From: Geobacter sulfurreducens PCA
Lineage (GTDB): Bacteria > Desulfobacterota > Desulfuromonadia > Geobacterales > Geobacteraceae
Reading direction: 5' to 3'
DNA: 32,000 bases
Assembly (NCBI RefSeq): GCF_000007985.2
Contig: NC_002939.5
Span: 510,001 to 542,000, forward strand
In this document: positions 18,671-26,877 of the stretch, in pieces
Layout of the letters: every line of letters begins with the position of its first letter
How positions within the stretch are numbered: the first letter of the stretch is position 1
Made by a program: the position numbers and the translations under genes
The notes under the pieces: model-generated
Database searches by the model: none
What the model was told of the DNA's origin: nothing
What the model saw: only the letters and a program-made list of their open reading frames with translations

Positions 18671-18743
18671 CATGTCAACGGTTGGTGCGTTCTGCCGTTT
18701 TTGATATATAATCCCCGTGCCATCTTTCCCCCATGAGGTGAGA

Positions 18744-19952
18744 ATGAAAAAAGCAGCCATCATCGCGGCGGTTGTCATCGTAGCCGTAGCGGGAATCTAT
18801 TTCGCCTTCGGCAAGCGTGAACCCGAACGGACCTACAAGACTGCAAAAGTGGAACGGGGCGATGTCGTTGCCACCGTCTCCGCCACGGGCAACCTGAGCG
18901 CCGTCACTACCGTTCAGGTCGGGACCCAGGTCTCCGGCACCATCTATCGCCTGCTCGTGGACTACAATACCCCCGTGAAAAAGGGACAGGTCATCGCCGA
19001 GATCGATCCGGCACTGTTTCGGGCCGACGTGGAGCAGGCAAGGGGCAACCTTCTGAGCGCGCAGGCGAATCTCCTGAAAGCCAGGGCCACTGCCGCCGAT
19101 GCCAAGCGGACCATGGAGCGCAACCGGCAACTGGTCAAGGAGGGAGTTGTCTCCCAGAGCGACTTCGACACCGCCGAAACCGGTGCCCAAGAGGCCGCCG
19201 CCGCCGTCAAGGCCGCTGAAGCCTCGGTCGTCCAGACCCGGGGTGCCCTGTCCCGGGCGGAAACCAACCTGAAGAACGCCACCATCCGGTCGCCGGTGGA
19301 TGGTGTCGTCATATCCCGGGCCGTGGACGTGGGACAGACCGTGGCCGCCTCCTTCCAGACCCCGACCCTGTTCACCATCGCCCAGGATCTCACCCGGATG
19401 CAGATCGAGACCAGCGTTGACGAGGCCGACATCAGCCGCGTGCGGATGGGACAGCAGGTTACCTTCACCGTGGATGCCTACCCGGACGAGAAGTTCAATG
19501 CCCGGGTGGCCCAGATCCGCAATGCCCCGGTCATTACCCAGAATGTGGTCACCTACGTGGTGGTTATCACCGTTGACAACCCCGACTTGAAGCTCAAGCC
19601 GGGCATGACTGCCAATGTGGCCATTGAGGTGGGCAAAAAGGAAAAAGTGCTCAAAGTTCCGATGGCTGCACTGCGGTTCAAGCCCCGCGCGGACGGTGAC
19701 GAGGGTGAGCGCCGCGCTCCGTCCGGTCCGGCAAAGGCGAAGCGGGAGGCGGGACAGCAGGTCTTCATCCTGTCACCGGAGAAGAAGCCGGTGCCGGTGA
19801 AGGTACAGACCGGTCTCGGCAACGACAGCCATGTGGAGATCGTCTCCGGAGCCTTGAAGGAGGGAGACGAGGTGATCGTTCAGGAGACCACTCCCAGGGA
19901 TAAACAGAAGAGCGGCGGCAGCGGCAGATCTCCCATGGGGATGCGGTTCTAG
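18744..19952 (+). CDS. Efflux transporter periplasmic adaptor subunit (HlyD/MacA family)
   Basis: N-terminal TM anchor (KKAAIIAAVVIVAVAGIYF). Lipoyl / coiled-coil / beta-barrel layout typical of membrane fusion proteins. ATG 18744 follows GAGGTG. A TTGGTG-17-TATATA(AT) promoter-like element lies at 18682-18712. Confidence 0.85.
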   Translation: MKKAAIIAAVVIVAVAGIYFAFGKREPERTYKTAKVERGDVVATVSATGNLSAVTTVQVGTQVSGTIYRLLVDYNTPVKKGQVIAEIDPALFRADVEQARGNLLSAQANLLKARATAADAKRTMERNRQLVKEGVVSQSDFDTAETGAQEAAAAVKAAEASVVQTRGALSRAETNLKNATIRSPVDGVVISRAVDVGQTVAASFQTPTLFTIAQDLTRMQIETSVDEADISRVRMGQQVTFTVDAYPDEKFNARVAQIRNAPVITQNVVTYVVVITVDNPDLKLKPGMTANVAIEVGKKEKVLKVPMAALRFKPRADGDEGERRAPSGPAKAKREAGQQVFILSPEKKPVPVKVQTGLGNDSHVEIVSGALKEGDEVIVQETTPRDKQKSGGSGRSPMGMRF

Positions 19953-20660
19953 ATGGGCGCGGTCGTCAGGCTCGATAACGTCGCCAAGGTCTACACCATG
20001 GGGGACCAGCGGGTGGAGGCCCTGCGGGGCATATCCTTCTCGGTGGAGCAGGGGGAGTTCATCGCCATCATGGGGTCGTCCGGGAGCGGCAAGTCCACCT
20101 GTATGAACATGCTCGGCTGCCTGGACGTACCGACCTCCGGCACCTATCTGCTGGAAGGGGTGAACGTAGGTGATCTTTCGCAGAATGAGCTGGCCGCCAT
20201 CCGCAACCGCAAGCTCGGCTTTGTCTTTCAGGGGTTCAACCTCCTCCCTCGCACCACGGCACGGGAAAACGTCGAGCTTCCCCTCGTCTACGCTGGAGTT
20301 AACGCCGCACAACGGCGTGAGCGCGCGCTGGCGGCCCTGGCCATGGTGGGGCTTGCCGAACGGGCGGGTCACTACAGCAATCAGCTTTCCGGCGGTCAGC
20401 AGCAGCGGGTTGCCATTGCCCGGGCACTGGTGAACGCCCCGGCCCTGCTCCTGGCGGACGAGCCGACCGGCAACCTGGACAGCACCACCAGTGAAGAGAT
20501 CATGCGGATTTTCGCGGAGCTCCACGGCAAAGGAATCACCATCCTCATGGTCACCCACGAGCCCGACATCGCTGCGTGGGCGTCCCGCTCCATAACCTTC
20601 CGCGATGGCCGGATCATTGCCGATACCACCGTGCCCGCGCCGGGGGAGGGCCAGGCATGA
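19953..20660 (+). CDS. MacB/LolD-type ABC transporter ATP-binding protein
   Basis: Walker A GSSGSGKST, signature LSGGQQQRVAIARAL, and Walker B LLLADEPTGNLD. The start immediately follows the adaptor stop. Confidence 0.9.
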   Translation: MGAVVRLDNVAKVYTMGDQRVEALRGISFSVEQGEFIAIMGSSGSGKSTCMNMLGCLDVPTSGTYLLEGVNVGDLSQNELAAIRNRKLGFVFQGFNLLPRTTARENVELPLVYAGVNAAQRRERALAALAMVGLAERAGHYSNQLSGGQQQRVAIARALVNAPALLLADEPTGNLDSTTSEEIMRIFAELHGKGITILMVTHEPDIAAWASRSITFRDGRIIADTTVPAPGEGQA

Positions 20661-21883
20661 ACCTCCTCATGAGCCTCCGGATCTCGTTGCGGGCCCTGCT
20701 CGCCAACAAGATGCGCTCATTTCTCACCATGCTCGGTATCATCATCGGCATCGCGGCCGTCATCATCATCGTGGCCATCGGCAGCGGCGCCCAGAAGGTG
20801 GTGTCCGACGTCATCGCCAGCATCGGCAGCAACATCATTCTGGTAATCCCCGGCTCCACCACCAGCGGCGGGCTTCGTATCGGCGCCGGCTCAGTTCCCT
20901 CCCTGACTCAGGACGATGCCCGAGCCATTAACACCGAACTCCCCTCGGTGCTGCGCGCTGCCCCAACGGTGCGGGGCACCGCTCAAGTGGTGGCCGGCAA
21001 CATGAACTGGTCGACCATGATCATGGGGGTTACGCCGGAGTTTCTGCAGGTGCGGGAGTGGCAGGTGGTGTCGGGGCGTGAGCTTTCCCCTTCAGACATC
21101 GAGGGGGCCTCAAAGAACTGTATCCTTGGGCAGACCGTGGCCGAGAATCTCTTCGGTTCCGAAGATCCCATCGGCAAGACCGTCCGGATCAAGCGGGTTC
21201 CCTTCATCGTGGTCGGGCTGCTGGACCGCAAGGGGCAGTCCCCTCAGGGGAGCGACCAGGACGACATCATTCTGCTTCCTCTGAGTACGGCCCAGCGCAA
21301 GATCCTCGGTTCCCAGTTTCCCAACACCGTGGGGGCGATCATGGTGCAGGCCAAGAGCCGGGAATTGATGGATCAGGCCGAAGAGGAACTGACAACGCTT
21401 CTCGACCAGCGCCACCGGATCGGTCCGGCCAAAGAGAGGGACTACACGGTGCGTAACCTGACCGAGATCCTGGCCGCCTCGGAGCAGTCCCAGAAGATGC
21501 TCACGATTCTCTTCGGTGCTGTGGCATCCATTTCACTGATCGTGGGCGGCATCGGCATCATGAACATCATGCTGGTATCGGTCACGGAGCGAACGCGGGA
21601 GATCGGCATCCGGATGGCCATCGGCGCCCGGCAGCGCGACATTCTCCTTCAGTTTCTGGCCGAGGCGGTGCTTCTGACACTTCTGGGGGGAGTCATCGGC
21701 ATGGCCATTGGCATCGGGGGGGCCACGCTGATTTCGCAGTTCTTTGGCTGGCCCACGATGATTTCATCAAAGGCAATCCTGCTCGCCTTTGCCTTCTCCG
21801 GCGGAGTCGGGATATTTTTCGGATTCTATCCGGCACGCAAGGCTGCGGGGCTCAACCCCATCGAGGCACTGCGCTATGAATGA
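20657..21883 (+). CDS. MacB-type ABC transporter permease (FtsX-like fold with a periplasmic MacB_PCD domain)
   Basis: 408 aa. N-terminal TM (ANKMRSFLTMLGIIIGIAAVI), a large periplasmic domain, then three C-terminal TM segments with ERTREIGIRMAIGA. ATGA overlap with the ATPase stop. Confidence 0.9.
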   Translation: MNLLMSLRISLRALLANKMRSFLTMLGIIIGIAAVIIIVAIGSGAQKVVSDVIASIGSNIILVIPGSTTSGGLRIGAGSVPSLTQDDARAINTELPSVLRAAPTVRGTAQVVAGNMNWSTMIMGVTPEFLQVREWQVVSGRELSPSDIEGASKNCILGQTVAENLFGSEDPIGKTVRIKRVPFIVVGLLDRKGQSPQGSDQDDIILLPLSTAQRKILGSQFPNTVGAIMVQAKSRELMDQAEEELTTLLDQRHRIGPAKERDYTVRNLTEILAASEQSQKMLTILFGAVASISLIVGGIGIMNIMLVSVTERTREIGIRMAIGARQRDILLQFLAEAVLLTLLGGVIGMAIGIGGATLISQFFGWPTMISSKAILLAFAFSGGVGIFFGFYPARKAAGLNPIEALRYE

Positions 21884-21913
21884 GTTGGATTTTGGACGCT
21901 ATGGGGAGGGGCT

Positions 21914-22084
21914 GTGAAGACGCTGCTGGTGTTTCTGGCCGTGACCCTGCTGAATGGGGCGTTTCTCTATCCGCTGTTCTATCTGGGGCTGGAGAGGGAG
22001 GTGTCGTGGTGGCTGGTGGCCGCCATGGTCGTCGTCGGTGCGTTCTGCATCTACCTGCTGGTGCGCTATCGCAAAAGTCTGTGA
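21914..22084 (+). CDS. Small two-TM membrane protein (56 aa), not in the ORF track
   Basis: GTG 21914 is preceded by GGGGAGGGG. The product is MKTLLVFLAVTLLNGAFLYPLFYLGLEREVSWWLVAAMVVVGAFCIYLLVRYRKSL. Third codon positions are strongly G/C-rich, like real genes here. Stop is TGA 22082-22084. Confidence 0.5.
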   Translation: MKTLLVFLAVTLLNGAFLYPLFYLGLEREVSWWLVAAMVVVGAFCIYLLVRYRKSL

Positions 22085-22091
22085 CCCGCCG

Positions 22092-22697
22092 TTACTGGAA
22101 ACCGTCGTCTGAGGGGAGCGCCAGCTCGGCCAAGGGGTCTCGGGGGCCGGTATCGGTTCCGTCACCCTGGGCGGTCGCCACGTGGTCTTCAACCCATCCC
22201 TCGATCCGCTCTGCCACCAGCACTTTCAGTTGTTCCTCCATCCGGTCCCGTGCTTTTTGTGTGTACCCGGGGATTTGGCGGACCTCGTAGTGAACATGGG
22301 GGCCGGTTGAGCGCCCGGTGTTGCCCGACAGGGCGATAACCGTGGACGTGTCGACTTTTTGTCCTTCCGTGACGAGAAGTGTCGCGTTGTGCCCATACAG
22401 GGAAACATAGCCGTTACCGTGGTCCACTGCAACCAGGTTGCCGTACCCCTTGTAGAGTCCCGCATGGAGGACCATACCCCGCTCGGTGGGATAGACCGGC
22501 GTGCCTTCGGGCACGGCGATGTCGACCCCGTGATGGTAGACCTGGCGGCCGCTGCCGAAGGGGTCGATCCTCCAGCCGATGCCGGAGGTGACGGTGCCGC
22601 CGTCCACGGGCAAGCGGCGAGCCGCTGCGGCAGGCGAACTTCCCAGGCCCACGGCCAGGGAAAGAGACAGGAGTATAGCGAGGATACGACGGGTCAC
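22092..22697 (-). CDS. Secreted M23 family (LytM-type) metallopeptidase
   Basis: Catalytic HxxxD (HHGVDIA) and HxH (HVHYEV) motifs are intact. The GTG 22697 start gives the signal peptide (M)TRRILAILLSLSLAVGLGSSPAAAA. The longer tracked ORF overlaps the upstream small ORF. Confidence 0.8.
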   Translation of the reverse strand: MTRRILAILLSLSLAVGLGSSPAAAARRLPVDGGTVTSGIGWRIDPFGSGRQVYHHGVDIAVPEGTPVYPTERGMVLHAGLYKGYGNLVAVDHGNGYVSLYGHNATLLVTEGQKVDTSTVIALSGNTGRSTGPHVHYEVRQIPGYTQKARDRMEEQLKVLVAERIEGWVEDHVATAQGDGTDTGPRDPLAELALPSDDGFQ

Positions 22698-22705
22698 GGC
22701 GGTTT

Positions 22706-22837
22706 TTACCTGGTCAGCCCGAGAATGATGAGGCTGACGGACAATGCGGCGAGACCGAGCATGAAGGCCATGATTGGCCTGTCTTCCTTGATTGCGCCAC
22801 GAGTAAGCGTATGCAGAACGTCTTTGAATAGTGACAT
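22706..22837 (-). CDS. Candidate small membrane protein (43 aa) immediately upstream of the M23 peptidase
   Basis: ATG 22837 is preceded by GGAGTG 9 nt upstream. The product is MSLFKDVLHTLTRGAIKEDRPIMAFMLGLAALSVSLIILGLTR, with one C-terminal TM segment. The stop lies 8 nt before the peptidase GTG. Confidence 0.4.
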   Translation of the reverse strand: MSLFKDVLHTLTRGAIKEDRPIMAFMLGLAALSVSLIILGLTR

Positions 22838-22972
22838 GGCAGCGCACTCCGATTGCGTGAGGCTGAACATATCAGAGCAACATATATGCCATGAGTGCCG
22901 GGCCGAAATCAACCCTATCGCCACTTTTAACTTGTCATTTCAAGGCAAAATTGTCATAGTGACCATACTTTG

Positions 22973-23004
22973 AAGACGGGCGTCACGCTCGTCTTTTGTT
23001 TTTT
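22973..23004 (+). terminator. Intrinsic-terminator-like hairpin in the typA leader
   Basis: AAGACGGGCG / CGCTCGTCTT forms a 10-bp stem with one G-U pair around a TCA loop. It is followed by TTTGTTTTTT and ends about 50 nt upstream of the typA ATG. No plus-strand gene lies upstream of it. Confidence 0.45.
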
Positions 23005-23052
23005 ACCGGTCCGCGCACAGCGGCCGTACCCTTCAGTCAGGAGTCGCGTTTC

Positions 23053-24849
23053 ATGCAGGAGAGAATCAGAAACATCGCCATCATTGCCCACGTTGACCAC
23101 GGCAAGACCACTCTCGTGGATGCCATGCTCAAGCACGCCGGAGTGTTCCGGGAAAACGAAGCCATCACCGAGCGGGTCATGGATTCCAACGACCTGGAGA
23201 AGGAGCGGGGCATCACCATCCTGGCAAAAAACCTGTCGGTCCACCATGGCCGCTACAAGATCAACATTGTCGATACCCCGGGCCACGCCGACTTCGGCGG
23301 CGAGGTGGAGCGGGTGCTCAAGATGGTCGATTCGGTGCTGCTTCTGGTCGATGCCCTGGACGGCCCCATGCCCCAGACCCGCTTCGTGCTCAAGAAGTCC
23401 CTCGACCTCGGTCTGAAGCCGATCGTGGTCATCAATAAGATTGACCGCCCCGGTTCACGCCCCGACGAGGTGGTGGACATGGTTTTCGACCTGTTTTGCG
23501 AACTGAACGCGACCGATGAGCAGCTCGACTTCCCCATCGTCTATACCAGTGCCAAGCTCGGATTCGCCAAACTCGACCTCAATTCCGACTCTAACAGCAT
23601 GGAGCCCCTCTTCGCGGTAATCGAGAGTAACGTCCATCCGCCGGCCGGCGATTCGAAGGCCCCGTTCCAGCTCCTCGTGACCAATATCGACTACAACGAC
23701 TACATCGGCCGGATCGCCACCGGCAGGATATTCAACGGCCGGGTGAAGGCCGGCGAGACCGTGGCGCTCGTGCGGCGCGACGGGAGCATCGAGCGGGGAC
23801 GCATCACCAAGCTCCTGGGATACGAGGGGCTCAAGCAGGTGGAGATCCCCGAGGCGTGTACCGGCGACATCGTTACCGTGGCCGGTTTTGACGACGTGGG
23901 CATCGGCGAGACGCTGGCCGCTGCAGACAATCCGGTGGCGCTTCCCTATGTGTCGATCGACGAGCCGACCATTTCAATGAACTTCATTGTCAATTCCTCC
24001 CCCTTTGCCGGCCGTGAGGGGAAGTTCGTCACCTCCCGCAACATCCGGGAGCGCCTTGACCGGGAGTTGCGCACCAACGTGTCGCTACGGGTGGAGGATA
24101 CGGCCAACGCGGACACGTTCAAGGTTTCCGGCAGGGGCGAGCTTCACCTGTCCATCCTTATCGAGAACATGCGGCGCGAAGGATTCGAGATGGCGGTTTC
24201 CAAGCCGGAGGTCATCTTGCGGGTGATCGACGGCACGAAGATGGAGCCGATGGAGTACCTGGTGGTGGACGTTCCCTCCGAGTTCCAGGGTGCCATCATC
24301 GAGAAGATGGGACCTCGCAAGGGGGAGATGACCTCCCTGCAGCCCATGGGCGAGACAGTGCGGCTGGAGTTTGTCGTGCCGGCCCGGGGGCTCATCGGGC
24401 TGCGGGGAGAACTCCTCACCGAGACGCGGGGCACTGCGGTCATGACCCACACCTTCCACGACTATGCCCCTTACAAGGGTGATATCCCGGGGCGCAAGAA
24501 CGGCGTCCTCATTGCCATGGAACTCGGCGAAACCACTGCCTATGCCCTCGACGCACTCCAGCCCCGGGGAATCCTCTTCATCGGTCCCGGTGTGGAAGTC
24601 TACGGGGGGATGATCATCGGCCAGCACGCCAAGGACAACGATCTGGACGTGAACCCCTGCAAGGGAAAGAAACTTACCAATGTCCGTGCCTCCGGTTCGG
24701 ACGACGCCATCAAGCTCACCCCGCCGCGCATCCTTACCCTGGAGCAGGCCCTGGAGTTCATTGACGACGACGAACTGGTAGAAGTGACCCCGCAGTCCAT
24801 CAGGCTCAGAAAGAAAGAACTCGACCCGAACAAGCGGAAACGGAAGTGA
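23053..24849 (+). CDS. typA: Translational GTPase TypA/BipA
   Basis: G1 [10 protein letters not shown]3 DTPGHADF and G4 NKID motifs, with an EF-G-like domain order. ATG 23053 lies 9 nt after AGGAG. Confidence 0.92.
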   Translation: MQERIRNIAIIAHVDHGKTTLVDAMLKHAGVFRENEAITERVMDSNDLEKERGITILAKNLSVHHGRYKINIVDTPGHADFGGEVERVLKMVDSVLLLVDALDGPMPQTRFVLKKSLDLGLKPIVVINKIDRPGSRPDEVVDMVFDLFCELNATDEQLDFPIVYTSAKLGFAKLDLNSDSNSMEPLFAVIESNVHPPAGDSKAPFQLLVTNIDYNDYIGRIATGRIFNGRVKAGETVALVRRDGSIERGRITKLLGYEGLKQVEIPEACTGDIVTVAGFDDVGIGETLAAADNPVALPYVSIDEPTISMNFIVNSSPFAGREGKFVTSRNIRERLDRELRTNVSLRVEDTANADTFKVSGRGELHLSILIENMRREGFEMAVSKPEVILRVIDGTKMEPMEYLVVDVPSEFQGAIIEKMGPRKGEMTSLQPMGETVRLEFVVPARGLIGLRGELLTETRGTAVMTHTFHDYAPYKGDIPGRKNGVLIAMELGETTAYALDALQPRGILFIGPGVEVYGGMIIGQHAKDNDLDVNPCKGKKLTNVRASGSDDAIKLTPPRILTLEQALEFIDDDELVEVTPQSIRLRKKELDPNKRKRK

Positions 24850-24870
24850 AAGGAGACGCTTCACCGGTGT

Positions 24871-24905
24871 GTAAAGTTCCCCCGGCTCCGGCTAGGGAAC
24901 TTTAC
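24871..24905 (+). terminator. Perfect 11-bp-stem hairpin after typA (possible terminator or processing site)
   Basis: GTAAAGTTCCC (24871-24881) pairs with GGGAACTTTAC (24895-24905) around a 13-nt loop. The downstream tract TTGACTTTG is only weakly T-rich. Confidence 0.4.
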
Positions 24906-24934
24906 TTGACTTTGCCGGGTGATTTTTCTACTTT
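24906..24934 (+). promoter_or_regulatory. Sigma70-like promoter candidate for the bamD array
   Basis: TTGACT (24906-24911), a 17-bp spacer, then TACTTT (24929-24934). Confidence 0.4.
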
Positions 24935-24964
24935 CATCAGTGATATCCGACGGAAGGTGAGACC

Positions 24965-25729
24965 ATGAACGTGTCCAGGCTCTGCTCCCTCTACCCGACC
25001 CTGCTTATCCCGCTGCTCTTTGTGGCCGGCTGCGGGCTTTTCGCCTCTTCTACGGCTCCGGTGAGCCGCAGCCCCGAGTCCATGGCCCGGGAGGCTGAGG
25101 AGTTTCAGAGTTCCCGTCGATTCGAGGACGCCATAGCCCAGTGGCGCAAGGTGAAGGAAAGTTACATTTCCCCTGAACTGATAACCCTCGCCGAGATCAA
25201 GATCGCCGACGCCCAGTTCGACAGCGGCAACTACATTGAAGCTGCCGCATCCTACGAAGAGTTCCGCAAACTTCATCCCAACCACGAGAAGTCGGCTTAT
25301 GCACTTTACCGCCAAGGCCTGAGCTATTTCAACCAGATCCACGGATTCGACACCGACCAGACCCCCGTATCCAACACGGTAACCATTTTCGAGTCGTTTT
25401 TGCGCCTCTATCCCCAGTCCGAGCATGCGGAAGAGGTGCGCAACAAGCTTGACGCGGCGCGCCAGAACCAGGTCCAGTACGAGATTTACGTGGGACAGTT
25501 CTATTACCGTACCGAAAAGTACACCTCCGCCATCAAGCGGCTGGAGGATGCCCTCAAGCGCTATCCCCGTTCTCCGCTCCACGACGAGACCCTCTACTAC
25601 CTGGGCAAGGCCTATATCAAAGCTGGCGACAAAGCCGGCGGACGTGAGGCGTTCCAGCGGCTTTTCAATGAGTTCCGCACGAGTAAGTACGTGGACGAAG
25701 CCCGCTCGTTCCTGGACAAGAACTTCTGA
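24965..25729 (+). CDS. bamD: Outer membrane protein assembly factor BamD (YfiO-like TPR lipoprotein)
   Basis: Lipobox LFVAGC. TPR-like repeats (FEDAIAQWRKV..., YIEAAASYEEFRKLHPNH..., YTSAIKRLEDALKRYPRS...) follow the BamD layout. Confidence 0.75.
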   Translation: MNVSRLCSLYPTLLIPLLFVAGCGLFASSTAPVSRSPESMAREAEEFQSSRRFEDAIAQWRKVKESYISPELITLAEIKIADAQFDSGNYIEAAASYEEFRKLHPNHEKSAYALYRQGLSYFNQIHGFDTDQTPVSNTVTIFESFLRLYPQSEHAEEVRNKLDAARQNQVQYEIYVGQFYYRTEKYTSAIKRLEDALKRYPRSPLHDETLYYLGKAYIKAGDKAGGREAFQRLFNEFRTSKYVDEARSFLDKNF

Positions 25730-25730
25730 C

Positions 25731-26102
25731 ATGAGACGCCTTGCGGCGCTGCTGTTCCTGCTTTCCCTTGCCGGTTGCGGCAGTGACCGGCGCGCCGTGG
25801 AAGAGGTCCTGCGGCTTCGAGAGGAGGCTCTCAGCCGGGGAGACGCTGCCCTTTATGCATCTCTTCTTGCTCCCGCGTACCGGCAGGCGCGGCCCGACCT
25901 GGAGCAGAACCTGCTGATTTCCGGTCCGATCGGCTACCGCTCGCTGGAACGCCGAATCCGCCTGGATGGAACCACTGCCGAGGTTGCCGGACGCTACGTG
26001 ATGAAGGCGAACGTCAAGGGGCGGATCTTGGAGTTGGCGGGACAGGAAACCATTGTTCTGCATCGGGAGAAGGACGGCTGGAAGATTGCCGGCGGGCTGT
26101 GA
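25731..26102 (+). CDS. Small lipoprotein of unknown function (123 aa, possibly NTF2/SnoaL-like fold)
   Basis: Signal peptide plus lipobox MRRLAALLFLLSLAGC. The start lies 1 nt after the bamD stop. The C-terminus ends ...IVLHREKDGWKIAG. Confidence 0.6.
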   Translation: MRRLAALLFLLSLAGCGSDRRAVEEVLRLREEALSRGDAALYASLLAPAYRQARPDLEQNLLISGPIGYRSLERRIRLDGTTAEVAGRYVMKANVKGRILELAGQETIVLHREKDGWKIAGGL

Positions 26103-26133
26103 GAGCAATCCTCGCCTCGTTGGACACCCATTC

Positions 26134-26508
26134 ATGACGACCATCCTTGCCATAGCCGTTTTCGGCGCCGTCGGCTGTGTTGCCCGCTATCTCCTGGCGG
26201 GCGGGGTCTACGCCCTGGCCGGCAGGGCGTTCCCTTGGGGGACGTTGGCGGTCAACGTCATAGGGGCATTCCTCATCGGCCTGATCATGGAAGCCGCTCT
26301 CCGGACCACCTTAATGTCCCAGGAACTGCGCCTGGGGCTCACCATCGGTTTTCTCGGCGGATTCACCACCTTTTCCACCTTCAGCTATGAGACGTTCAAA
26401 CTCTTGGAAGATGGAGAGTTTTTCTCTGCCTCGCTTAACGTCCTTGCCAGCGTGGCCCTCTGCCTCGTCGGTACGTGGGCCGGGATAATGGCGGCGCGGC
26501 AGCTGTAG
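26134..26508 (+). CDS. crcB: Fluoride channel CrcB/FluC
   Basis: 124 aa with four TM segments. Family motifs are WGTLAVNVIGAFLIG and GFLGGFTTFSTFSYE. Confidence 0.9.
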   Translation: MTTILAIAVFGAVGCVARYLLAGGVYALAGRAFPWGTLAVNVIGAFLIGLIMEAALRTTLMSQELRLGLTIGFLGGFTTFSTFSYETFKLLEDGEFFSASLNVLASVALCLVGTWAGIMAARQL

Positions 26509-26517
26509 GGAGGCGTC

Positions 26518-26877
26518 ATGACGAGATTCATCGGCGAAAAGATACTCATGCGAATTTTCATCGGCGAGGGAGATCGCTGGGGATCCCGCCCTCTCCACGA
26601 GGCGCTTCTGGAGCTGCTCAGGCGTGAAGGATGCGCCGGCGCCACGGTGCTGCGGGGGGTGGCAGGCTTCGGGGCATCAAGTGTCTGTCATACTGCCAGG
26701 CTTCTGGATCTTTCCGCCGACCTTCCCATGGTGGTGGAAGTGGTTGACGATCAGGAGCGGCTCGATGCTCTGATGCCGAAGATAGACGACATGATGACGG
26801 GCGGGATGATCACGTTGGAGAAGGCTACGGTGATCCGCTATACGCCGGCAGGGAAGGGAGGAGCCGCAACGCCATGA
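26518..26877 (+). CDS. DUF190 (COG1993, PII-like) protein
   Basis: ILMRIFIGEGDRWGSRPLHEALLELLRREGCAGATVLRGVAGFG...LPMVVEVVD is the DUF190 pattern as I recall it. GGGAGG lies 5 nt upstream of the ATG, and the gene starts 9 nt after the crcB stop. Confidence 0.75.
   Translation: MTRFIGEKILMRIFIGEGDRWGSRPLHEALLELLRREGCAGATVLRGVAGFGASSVCHTARLLDLSADLPMVVEVVDDQERLDALMPKIDDMMTGGMITLEKATVIRYTPAGKGGAATP

Noticed and set aside
21880-22290. 136-aa plus-strand ORF overlapping the macB permease stop.
   Set aside because: - The translation is Gly/Ser/Arg-rich.
- It runs antisense through the 3' end of the M23 peptidase gene.
- The 56-aa two-TM ORF in another frame, with a strong SD, explains the region better.
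26053-26133. Fluoride (crcB-motif) riboswitch upstream of crcB.
   Set aside because: - The gap is only 31 nt.
- I could not find the conserved core (GGCGAUG...AACCGCC...CUGAUGA...CUAC) there or in the preceding 150 nt.
- An Infernal scan would be needed for certainty.
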